DNA of 63,925 nt, counting the filler, from Aduncisulcus paluster (taxonomy: Eukaryota), in assembly GCA_024181965.1 (NCBI GenBank). It is 4 parts of 4 records of this genome, joined end to end, with 100 filler letters (N's around TTAATTAATTAA, not from the genome) between each part and the next. Parts side by side here need not be neighbours in the genome. Positions count along the whole stretch, not along the records: positions 17,232 to 29,725 come from BQXS01010848.1; positions 29,826 to 58,852 come from BQXS01010849.1; 2 more parts are not named here. One strand, written 5' to 3'. Position 1 is the stretch's first letter, and every line of letters begins with the position of its first letter. Below, one piece after another: positions 22,474 to 32,800 of this stretch. The position numbers and the translations under genes were made by a program. The notes below the pieces were generated by a model, which did no database searches, was not told the DNA's origin, and saw only the letters and a list, made by a program, of their open reading frames with translations.

Positions 22474-23295
22474 ATAGCATAAAATTCAAAGGGCTAAGCT
22501 TTTCCAAAATATAAAAAATTACTCAGTAAAGATATTTAATGCATCAAGAGTATTTCAATGTTCTTCTGGTGTACAATGGCAGTATCAGATGGGCCATCTC
22601 GGATAATTTTTTCGGATGAAAGAATACGCACCCAATTGCTTTAAATTAAAATATAAATAACTTGTGATCTTAATATTTTGAAAAATTAAGCCAAGCATTT
22701 ATTATTCTCAAAAATAGAAGACTGAAGATTTTTTTTGACTCGTTTGGTATGGATTTGATTCGAAATATTTGAAATAGATTTCGATATCTGAGCTTTCTCA
22801 CATCACGCAACTCTATTTTACTAATATTTATTCGTTTTGAATCGAAATTTTGCACAAATTTAAATCGTTATTCATTGCAAATTCAATGGCAAATACAACA
22901 ATTATTTTAGGTTTAGCTTTAATTTTATAGAAGGTTTCTCGGTATTGTTCTTTACCTCCCTTTCCCCTGAAAGTGATTCGATTCTGTGGTTTATGACATA
23001 GTTAATGCAATTTCAACACTTAAAATTGTTGTATAATCTTAATTTGTATATTTTGGTCCGCTTTTCCATTTTTTTGTGGTTTATTTTGTGTTGGTTTATG
23101 ATGTTGTCTCCTCAGGACTATATATGGATTGTTGCCATCAAAATATGTTATTTAAGCTTGATAAATTATGCTAATATGATTTTATTTCCTGTAATCTCCC
23201 TTATTTCCGTTGTTTCTCACATTCTTTTTTCAGCCAAATATCATTTGATAATGTTTCATTTTCTTGACATCCACATCGTTCAAGCGAAAAAAAAG

Positions 23296-24405
23296 ATGAA
23301 AGACCCCGTCAGAGTTGTTGTTACTGGTGCCGCCGGCCAAATTGGTATGTATTTATTGAAATTAGTGGCTATTTCGTCGCTTTTCTCTGATGTCAATATT
23401 TTGAAATGGATTCTCTTACTCAAAATTGAATTTTCCTTCTAATTCTTTCAACATTTTAAAATTTTCTTTCTTGTTTTTTGATCTGTAGGATACAGTATCC
23501 TCCCAAGAATCAGCAAAGGTGATGCCTTTGGTCCCGACCAACCCGTTATTCTTATGCTCCTTGAAATTACCCCTGCCTTGACTGCTTTGAAGGGTGTTGA
23601 AATGGAGCTTATTGACTGTGCTTTCCCTCTTCTCCACGGTATTGTCTGCACTGATGATCCCATGGTTGCCTTCAAGGATGCTGATTACGCTTTCTTGGTT
23701 GGTGCTTTCCCTCGTAAGGCTGGAATGGTCAGAGCTGATTTGCTTGCCAAGAACGCCGGAATCTTCAAGGTTCAAGGTGCTGCCATCGAAAAGGTTGCCA
23801 AGAAGACTTTCAAGGCCCTAGTTGTTGGTAACCCCGCCAACACTAACTGTCTTATTCTTGCTGAACACGCTCCTTCTATCCCAAGAAAGAACTTCTGTGC
23901 AATGACTCGTCTTGACCACAACCGTACCATTGGTCAACTTGCCACTCGTGCTGGTTGCACCCCTTCCGACGTTGAAGGAGTTTGTGTGTTTGGAAACCAC
24001 TCCGCTTCTATGGTTCCTTTCATTGAGGCTGCCACCATCAAGGGCAAACCCGTTCGTGAAGTCATCGGTGATGACGAATGGATTGCTGGTGAATTCATCA
24101 AGACCATCAAGACTCGTGGAGGTGCTATCATCAAGGCCAGAGGTCTCTCTTCTGCCTGTTCTGCTGCTAATGCTGCCATTGACTGCATGCACGACTGGAT
24201 CTGTGGATCTGATGGAAAGATTGTCTCCATGGCTATCATGTCTTCTGGAAAGTATGGTGTTCCTGAGGGTGTGTTCTACTCTGTTCCTTGCAAATGTAAG
24301 GATGGTGAGTGGGAAGTTGTTGAACTCGATGCTTCCAAACAAGCTGATGCTCTTAAGGCTACAGCTGATGAACTCTTTGATGAACGTAAAACGTCTGGTT
24401 TTTAA
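23296..24405 (+). CDS. MDH1: Cytosolic-type malate dehydrogenase, join(23296..23344,23489..24405), 321 aa
   Basis: [17 protein letters not shown] spliced to [25 protein letters not shown] (Arg specificity residue), [20 protein letters not shown]. Confidence 0.96.
23345..23488 (+). other. Spliceosomal intron, 144 nt, phase 1
   Basis: GTATGT...TTCTAAT...T-rich...CTGTAG; removal restores the conserved GQIGYS. Confidence 0.93.
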
Positions 24406-24690
24406 TTTAATTTGTAAGTAAACCGTTGATTTTGCCAAAATATCTGTTATCTTGTATTGCGATTCAATGAATTTTTTTTGAGTTACTGTGACTTGATGAT
24501 CATGGCACATGAGATCCATGACAATTCTACTGGGGACCATGATGAAGTAAAACCAAATTTTATTCGTTTAATTATTTAAATATTGCGGGATACTACTATT
24601 TATATTTATTATGTTTGTTTTTAATTTAGAATTCATCAAAAAACAAAATTTAACATAAATTTTCGGTTTTGGGTGAACAATACCAAAGAA

Positions 24691-25422
24691 ATGGAGAAAA
24701 TGGCGTTTTACTCAAGCCAAAACGGGTCAAAATCGCCGGGAAGTCGACTCTCTGATTATATATTTGATCCAATGATCGCAGATGCTCGTAGAGAGTTTCA
24801 TGTATTAAAGGCTCGGATGGAAACATCTAAAATCATATCCAAAAGCTTTGCGGAGAGAATGGAAATTAGGAAAAATATTGTAACAAAACAGAGAAAAGAA
24901 TTTTGGGAAAAATCCCACCATAAAGATGAAATGAAGAAAAAGTGGAAGAGAAAGATGGAAAAATCACCTTTTGCTGTTGATTTAGTTGCTGATCAAGAAA
25001 GATTAGATGAAGAAATGAAATTTCAGAAATTAATGGAGAAACGCAAGAAGAGGGCAGAAACAATGAGAAAAAAATCTTTAGAACAAAGAATAGTTAGGGA
25101 AACTGCTCAAAAACATGCTCAAGATCTTATTCGCAAACGTCAAAGAAGAGAGAGGGAGAGAGCTCATAAGAATGCTGCTCTAAAGAGATCAAAATCAGCT
25201 GGCTCAGTGGCTCGAAGGAAGAGAGGATCGCGGCCTCCCACTGCCGATGTATTAAGTCCATATCATCAACTTGAAGAACGTCGTCAAGCAATGAGAGCTC
25301 ACATGGAAGATTTACATGAATTGGCGAGACAAAAATTGCAGTTACAAGAATTGAAAAGACGCAGAATGATGGAAGAACAACATAAACAACATGATTATTC
25401 GGGATCTTATAGAAAATTTTGA
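24691..25422 (+). CDS. Basic coiled-coil protein of unknown function
   Basis: K/R/E-rich helical ORF between AT-rich flanks, with a KSPFAVDLVADQERLDEE core; first ATG at 24691. Confidence 0.75.
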   Translation: MEKMAFYSSQNGSKSPGSRLSDYIFDPMIADARREFHVLKARMETSKIISKSFAERMEIRKNIVTKQRKEFWEKSHHKDEMKKKWKRKMEKSPFAVDLVADQERLDEEMKFQKLMEKRKKRAETMRKKSLEQRIVRETAQKHAQDLIRKRQRRERERAHKNAALKRSKSAGSVARRKRGSRPPTADVLSPYHQLEERRQAMRAHMEDLHELARQKLQLQELKRRRMMEEQHKQHDYSGSYRKF

Positions 25423-25696
25423 TTTGTTTTTACTGAACTCGCATCAAGTTTATTTTTTTGGTTTTCAGGTACAGGTGTTTACATATCTTTGTCATCTCAA
25501 AATTTATTGATTTTTTGTATTACAATTGAAAATTCCTATGCCTAATAAAAGTTATATTCAACATCTCTCCATTGTTAATACGATTTCTTCTGGACGTTCA
25601 TCAAGTGAAGAAATAATAGAACAAAAATATTATATCTTCTAAATGTTGTATGAAAATCAATAAAAAAATATAATGGATTCATAAATATGGAATGTT

Positions 25697-25900
25697 AAGA
25701 CAAACTCAGACTCTATTTTTATCACTTGTGATTGGTGAAAATACAATCAGTTTTTTTTCGCTAATTACCAAAAATCTGCTTCGATGAAGATCTACGAGGT
25801 ACTGTACTCACTTCAAATAATGAATCTTATGGTTTTTAATCGTAGGTTTCTGTTTTGATGTGAATAAGTTGATGATTTATACAGCCTTTCGTCTGAGAGC
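25697..25900 (+). ncRNA. Candidate U3-like box C'/D snoRNA
   Basis: 5' AAGAC; C' GATGAAGA 25783-25790; internal C TGATGA 25870-25875; D CTGA 25893-25896; nested stems GCTT/GAGC, ACGAGG..CTGTA/TACAGCC..TCGT and a long inner hairpin. Confidence 0.55.
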
Positions 25901-26548
25901 CATATTTTTTATTTAAGCTATTCTTTTTGCATTTCTATTCTATTTATATTCATTTCAAATGGTCACCTACAATATACAGAGTGCATTATATGTACTAGAT
26001 CTATCTACTGTATCCGATACAGTAACGGAGTGACTCCGTTCTCCATTTGAGTCATTGCGTGACGATCATCACATAAAAATTTTACCATATCGCTGAATGA
26101 ATTCTATTTTGATATTTATTTATATACATTCATGGGAATGATCGAATATCCACCGTTTGGTCTAGCAGTGACTAGAACACTGTTCTGTGATCTGATGACA
26201 TTACTGTTTTTATAGAGGTGGGTTTATTGCGAAAAGCACTGCTTTCCGTGGATGGAAAGGTTGGAATACAAAACTGTCTGGCATTTGAAAACTGGTATAT
26301 AAACATAGGAGATAAAACTCACATACTGGAACTAAACAAATGTGTCTGGTAGAGATAATACTATTAGAAAAAGGGTTGGGTAAATTAGCAAAGCGGGATA
26401 AACCTAAAATTGTAAAATATAAATCATGTTAATAAACAACGAGAAAGACTCGAAATAAATAAATAAATGGGTAAATTTGGAACCTGTAAAAACAATAAAC
26501 AAACGAATATCGAGATTGGTGGTAAAAATCTAAAAACAATGTGAACAA

Positions 26549-27655
26549 TCACCAGAAAATATCAACTATAACTGAAATTAAATATTGCACTGGAAGCAAA
26601 AGAAGTAATTCGAGAAGGAGAACTGGAGGGTATCGGTGAGGATTGATATCATACTCTTTGGCATGAGTAAAAGCAGCGAGAGCAACAGGGGTTCCTGCCA
26701 ACGCCATTGCTGAGTGTGCGAGCGTCTTGTCAAATCCCATAAGCTTGACAAATCCAAAGATAACTCCGACAGAACCCACCATTCTACCCAAGAAATAGAG
26801 AATGGACCATTTCCATTCAATAGGCTCTTTGTACAGCCCAAAGAACAAACCAACGGCAAAGATACCACCTGGGGTTACCATACCAGCAAGCTTATTGACG
26901 ACTGTGGATACAGCCACTGGTAAATCCCATGGGGTAGCTCCCCAGATTAAACCGAGAACCATTGCCCATACAGTTGGTTTCGTTATAAGGCCCAAACCAA
27001 CTTTTTTTGCAACTCTACCGAAAAAACTTCCTTCCTGAACTTTGACAGAAGTGACAACAACTTCAGAAGTTGGCAAATCTGAGGTCTTTTTCATACTTTT
27101 CATTTCAATACGTTCCATGGATTCATCTTCATCACGAACAATTTCTTCATCATGAGCTGACTCTTCAAGCCCAAGTTCTTTGCGGATATGTGTTAACTCA
27201 AAGAAAAATACGAGAATAGGCATTTGAATAACGACTGAGGCTAAAGTATATAAAATTGGATACAATGCTGCTGCTTCCTCACCAAATATGGCGTTGATAA
27301 CGGGAACTCCGATGAGAACATTACTGGCCCAACAAAAATTAGGAAAATGAGTTGTGAATTCCCTCAACTTTTGTTTTTTGGTAAAAAATAAACCAATGAT
27401 GCCCGCAAGAAGGAAACTGTAAACGGTGACAACAAGATAGGAGGAAGCAAACTGCAAGTATTCAGCTTTGAAAGTATTGTTGGCTAATCCACGGAAAATC
27501 AATACAGGGAAGCAAATCAAGAAAACAAGTCTATTCAGTGTAGCAAGATCACTCTCCTTGAAGATTTTTAATCCGCCACTTAACCATCCGAAACCAAAAA
27601 TAATTAAAATGGGAATACAACACTCATTAATAATTGCTGACAGCATAGAAGTCAT
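26549..27655 (-). CDS. Auxin efflux carrier family (Mem_trans) transporter, PIN-like, copy 1
   Basis: 5+5 TM around an acidic loop; LNRLVFLICFP, SNVLIGVP, KPTVWAMVLGLIW, FAVGLF, FTHAKEY. Confidence 0.85.
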   Translation of the reverse strand: MTSMLSAIINECCIPILIIFGFGWLSGGLKIFKESDLATLNRLVFLICFPVLIFRGLANNTFKAEYLQFASSYLVVTVYSFLLAGIIGLFFTKKQKLREFTTHFPNFCWASNVLIGVPVINAIFGEEAAALYPILYTLASVVIQMPILVFFFELTHIRKELGLEESAHDEEIVRDEDESMERIEMKSMKKTSDLPTSEVVVTSVKVQEGSFFGRVAKKVGLGLITKPTVWAMVLGLIWGATPWDLPVAVSTVVNKLAGMVTPGGIFAVGLFFGLYKEPIEWKWSILYFLGRMVGSVGVIFGFVKLMGFDKTLAHSAMALAGTPVALAAFTHAKEYDINPHRYPPVLLLELLLLLPVQYLISVIVDIFW

Positions 27656-28209
27656 TGCAACACTGTTTTTTGATGAAAAAAGGTATGAAGAATGAAGACC
27701 TCAAGACAAAATACAGATCCATTATTACATACTGATCTAAAAATATCTTGTGACAAGATTGATGAAAATTTTGAAAATAAAAAAAATTAATTTAAAATTA
27801 TTCAGAGTGGAAATAATAAAATGTAATTTAAATGGAGGAAATTGAGTGAGATAATCCAAATCAATTAAATTTTCTCAATAAAAAAATACTCCAAAATATA
27901 TTATTTCTTGTCCAATTTATTCGATAGGTTAGTTCGATTCACATAAAAAATATGTGTGAGCAAACGATTCAAAGTATAAAATTATACTTATCGTATAAAT
28001 ATTTTGGCGTTTGAAAACGGTCCCAATGACATAAAAAAGAAGAAAAATGTGAATGTTTGATTATGAGGATCAATAAACAAGTTGTTTTAATCAATAAATT
28101 GATGAAGTATAGTTTTGTAAAATCTGATTTAACGAGGATATAAAGGCTAGGAATATTCAAACAAAAAAAGCTATTATAAGGGAAGTTTGAATGATATGAA
28201 TGGGAGTGA

Positions 28210-29322
28210 TTACCAGAAAACATCGACTATCAATGATATTAAATATTGAACTGGGAGTAATAAAATCATTTCGATCAAAATAACAGGTGGATATCTTTGA
28301 GGATTAACATCATACTCTTTGGCATGAGTAAAAGCAGCGAGAGCAACAGGGGTTCCTGCCAACGCCATTGCTGAGTGTGCGAGCGTCTTGTCAAATCCCA
28401 TAAGCTTGACAAATCCAAAGATAACTCCGACAGAACCCACCATTCTACCCAAGAAATAGAGAATGGACCATTTCCATTCAATAGGCTCTTTGTACAGCCC
28501 AAAGAACAAACCAACGGCAAAGATACCACCTGGGGTTACCATACCAGCAAGTTGGTCAACAATGGAAGCCACGGCGACTGGTAAATCCCATGGAGTGGCT
28601 CCCCAGATTAAACCGAGAACCATTGCCCATACAGTTGGATTTTTCAAAAGACCTACGCCAACTTTCTTGGCAACTTTGCCACAAAAACTGCCTTCAGCTT
28701 CCTTTGATGCGTCAGGAACAACATCTGAAGTCTCAACAGCTGAGACCTTTCTGGTCTTCTTCATCTCAACTCCATCAACAGATCCGTCGTTATCATTAAC
28801 AATTTCTTCGTCTTGAGGCTCATCGGATTCTTCAAGGCCTAGATCTTTACGAGTACGGGTGAGTTCAAAGAAAAAGACAACAATTGGCATTTGCACAACA
28901 ACTGAAGCCAAGGTATGAAGAATTGGATACAAGGCTGCCGCTTCTTCACCGAATATAGCATTAATTACGGGAATTCCGATGAGAACAGAATTGGCCCAAC
29001 AAAAATGAGGGAAATGGGTTGTGAATTCTCTCAATTTCTGCCTCTTTGTAAAAAATAAAGCAATAATTCCAGCAAGAATGAAACTGTAAAGAGTGACAAT
29101 TAAATAAGAGGACGCAAACTGCACATATTCAGCTTTGAAAGTATTGTTGGCTAATCCACGGAAAATCAACACAGGAAAACAGAAAAGAAAAACAAATCTA
29201 TTCAGAGCAGCAAGATCACTTTGATTGAAAAGTTTTAATCCACCACTTAACCATCCCAGGCCAAAAATGACCAATATGGGAATACAACACTCATTGATAA
29301 TAGCCGATAGCATAGAAGTCAT
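28210..29322 (-). CDS. Auxin efflux carrier family transporter, PIN-like, copy 2
   Basis: Tandem paralog of 26549-27655; start placed at the shared MTSMLSAIINECCIP. Confidence 0.85.
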   Translation of the reverse strand: MTSMLSAIINECCIPILVIFGLGWLSGGLKLFNQSDLAALNRFVFLFCFPVLIFRGLANNTFKAEYVQFASSYLIVTLYSFILAGIIALFFTKRQKLREFTTHFPHFCWANSVLIGIPVINAIFGEEAAALYPILHTLASVVVQMPIVVFFFELTRTRKDLGLEESDEPQDEEIVNDNDGSVDGVEMKKTRKVSAVETSDVVPDASKEAEGSFCGKVAKKVGVGLLKNPTVWAMVLGLIWGATPWDLPVAVASIVDQLAGMVTPGGIFAVGLFFGLYKEPIEWKWSILYFLGRMVGSVGVIFGFVKLMGFDKTLAHSAMALAGTPVALAAFTHAKEYDVNPQRYPPVILIEMILLLPVQYLISLIVDVFW

Positions 29323-29478
29323 TGTGAGAATATTATTCGGCGAAATAAGATATGAAGAAAGAAGGCTCCTATCCAAAACGGTGTAATAATAGGCCGGCAA
29401 ATCATATTCATGTGATATCACATCTAATTGAACAAATTTTAACTGATATTAACGAATACAATGTATATGAATCAATAT

Positions 29479-29725
29479 TTACTCATGTTTTACATATTCT
29501 ATCCACTGAATCATAGTATCAACGAGTTCTGAGAATCTTTCATCAATGAGAATATTTTCTTCCATTAATTGGATTAATTTTTCAACTAAAACACATATTT
29601 CATACCGGTCACGAGATTTAGATGCAATTTTCTCAGAGAGTCCATGAATAATTAATTCACAACATTCATTGACAAGATCGACTTGACCATGGAAAACCCC
29701 ACATCTTTTGTGTGATTTCTTCACT
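29479..29725 (-). CDS. 3' end of a gene cut by the scaffold edge
   Basis: Open frame from the gap to TAA with globular-looking composition. Confidence 0.55.
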
Positions 29726-29825
29726 NNNNNNNNNNNNNNNNNNNNNNNNNNNNNNNNNNNNNNNNNNNNTTAATTAATTAANNNNNNNNNNNNNNNNNNN
29801 NNNNNNNNNNNNNNNNNNNNNNNNN
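29726..29825. other. Artificial scaffold linker
   Basis: TTAATTAATTAA at 29770-29781 within N runs. Confidence 0.97.
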
Positions 29826-29827
29826 TC

Positions 29828-32800
29828 GGCAACAATGTCGGTAAGAAAAATGCAATGAGAGCAGATGAAGATGCATTTGATGTCGAGTTTTCTGTGTTTT
29901 TATCATTGACATCTCTCCTCCTTTCTTCAACATTTTCCTCAAAAAATTCGATAGAATCATGTCACGCCACGATGTCACTTATTTTTAGAGTTTCATACAC
30001 TCTCCTCCATATCTTCAATATATCTCCTCTTCCAGTGAGTGTGGGAATTGTAGCTTGGTTACAAGATAGAATGGAACGAAAACAAGGATTATGGGCTGAG
30101 AAAATTAATATCCAATGTGAATGTCATGATCATCGTAGACAAAAATCAGGAAGATCTAAGAAATCTAGGACAATTTCACGAGATTCCAAAGGTTCGTGTG
30201 ATGATACTTCTCTTCAAGATGGTCTTTGTTCAGTTTGCTTGAATCGTGCCTACGATAATGCAAGAATGGAAATTATAAAGGATGGTCTGTTATTGACTCT
30301 TTTGACATCATTTTTCACTCGCATTGCTCTCTCTTCTTTCCTTTCTTTCCTCCCGAAGGGATCATCATCTACATCGAATAATGGCTCACATCGATCTTCG
30401 AGATCATCAGTTCGATCTTCATTTTCTTCTCGGGGCACGGACAAATCAACTTTAATGACGGAGAAGAAGAAAGGAATATTCTCCTCTCTTTCTTACTTAT
30501 TGTTCTCTCTCTCTCTGCTATGTTCAAATACTCACTTGAGATCTCATGGATTAGATGTGTTGAACAACATTCCAAATGACACAAATCTGCATGAAGTCGA
30601 ACTTAAAAGGATAGCTAAAGATCGAAAGAGAAAGAGAAGAGCCCAACAATCGGCGTCTTCAAGGTATTCATCTGTTAATCCTCTATTTTCATCCCGTATT
30701 TCTGGGCGAATGGGACACACATACCTGCAACATTCTCAAGAAGTTATGTCTGTTGAAGAGGAAGCTCATCAAAGCTGTGTCGATACTTTGAAGAATATCC
30801 AACATACCTTCGATTGTTTCTCTCTCTATGAGCTTTCTCTTGCATCATTAACCATCAGTTTGTCAAATATTGTCTTCTTTGTGGGACTTATTCCTTCAAT
30901 CGATGTCTGCAATGCACGCAGAAATGCAGGTGGATTATTGATTCGTCGAGGTGCTCATTTCACTGTGCCACGTGTCTTACCTTTAATGAGAACTCGAAGT
31001 TTGATCTATAACATCGTTCATGAGCTCATAACACTACCTGCTGAAGAGTTGAGTGTCAGTGGAGTCGGGAATTCTGATCACAGAAACTTCCGTCATCATT
31101 CGCAATCTCATCACAGATCTCGAACATCCTCTTTATCGATTAATGAAAAAGAATCTCATCGGCATTTGAGTATGTCTATTGGAGATTCTCAATTCTCAAC
31201 TCGATCCTCTAAATCTCACATTTCAGGGATGGCATCTGTGGCTTTGTCATTGCCACCCCTCCACTTTTCATCCTCGTCCCATTTGCTCTCCTCCCTCCAA
31301 TCTTTGCGATCCTGTGGTGTTGGTTGTGGAGCTCAGAGAGATGCTGTGTTGCATACTGTGAGTGCCAGCGTGGGTGCTCGTGATCGAGTCATCATGTGTG
31401 TGCTTGGATGTGAATGGGAAGCTATTGGAGCTTGGGCTGCGGTCAATGCAGGATGGGATCGAAGTCAGAGTGACAAAGTTGGAGAACCCCCCAAGGATGC
31501 TCCACACCGTTCTTCAGCAAGTTCACGGAGGAGGGGCTCCTTTTCTCCAATGAATCAGAGAGGCCATCCCGATGAACTCTGTTCTAATACTCTTCGTGAT
31601 GTGTTTGGTTTCAAAAAGAGAATGGGAACTGGTCGTCTCAAGTCTAAAAATAGAGGATCTTCTTCGTCTTCTTCAGTTGATATTTCCTTGCCCTTTTCTT
31701 TCATTATGTGTGAAAGTGAAGCAAGAACACTTAATGAGGAGCAATGGCGTGGAATGTTGAAAACCATTATGCCAATCTCTCTCGCTTTGATTGTTCGGTT
31801 GCCAGAGTTGATCAGATGTGAGAATTGTGAGAAGGCTTGTAGAAGTATGGTTGTGAAGAATGCTTCAATGTTTCTATCAATTCCAAAGGCGGTGTTATTG
31901 CTTCTTCCACATGCTGCTTCGAGGAATATGGAAGGAAAACAACTTAAAGGTCTTAAAGATGAGAAGAGATGTTGGCCTTTAAGCTCAGAGAAAAAGAAAA
32001 TCCTCTCGTTATTGTCTTGTTGGAGTCTTTGTGATATTTATGGAGCTTTCCTGTTATTATGTGGTCCTATGAGGAATGTGGCACAAGTTCGAGTTTATTC
32101 GTTTAAGTGTTTGCGTGCGCAATCTCATATTTTGCACAAATTTACTCCCCAATTAGTTGGATTGTATTTAATCGAACAGATGGATGGGTGTGTCGAACAC
32201 GATGAATTGTCTTCACCATTCAACAAAGAATTATCCCCTGGTCAATCTGCTTCTTCTACCTCCCAAAGCCAAGGATCTTCCAGTTTAAGTCATCCTTCAA
32301 CCTCCTTATCGAGCAGTAGTTCAGATGTTCATCCAATACAAGAACCTTCAACTCAGGTTGTGAATCTTCAAGATATGATGTTTAATTCAACCTTTATGAC
32401 CCCTGAGAAGCAGCCTTTTGCTAAATCTGCTCTCCTTCTCTCTCCTGATGGGCCATTAAAAGTTCCAACAGTTCAACCTCTCCCTTCTTTAAGTTCTTTC
32501 CTTTCATCACTCTCGTTATCATCTCCTCTGACTCTGTTCACATTGTTTCTGCGGATTAGGAGTGAATTTGAGAGTTCAGTATCATCTTCATGTAATATAC
32601 TCCCTCAAGCGGCTGAGCATGGAACCACTGCATTTTACGCTCAAAAATTGTTCAATACTCTAATGAGAGTTGTTCAAACAAAACCTGGCGTGAAGATGTC
32701 TGGAGTAGAGGTTTCAACACATGTCAAAGAGGTTCTTCACTGGAAAAGTGTTTATGACAAACTACTGGGTGCTTCAAAAGGTCTTACATCTTTGAGGAAA

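Noticed and set aside
22577..22615. TGGCAGTATC plus AATTTTTTCG as U4 snRNA
   Set aside because: Short match only; spacing too small and no U4 kink-turn stem-loop.
23005..23442. 145-aa ORF as a membrane protein
   Set aside because: T-rich promoter DNA plus MDH exon 1 read into the intron.
23818..24540. 240-aa antisense ORF and other alternative frames over MDH
   Set aside because: Expected shadow of strong codon bias; no protein-like motifs.
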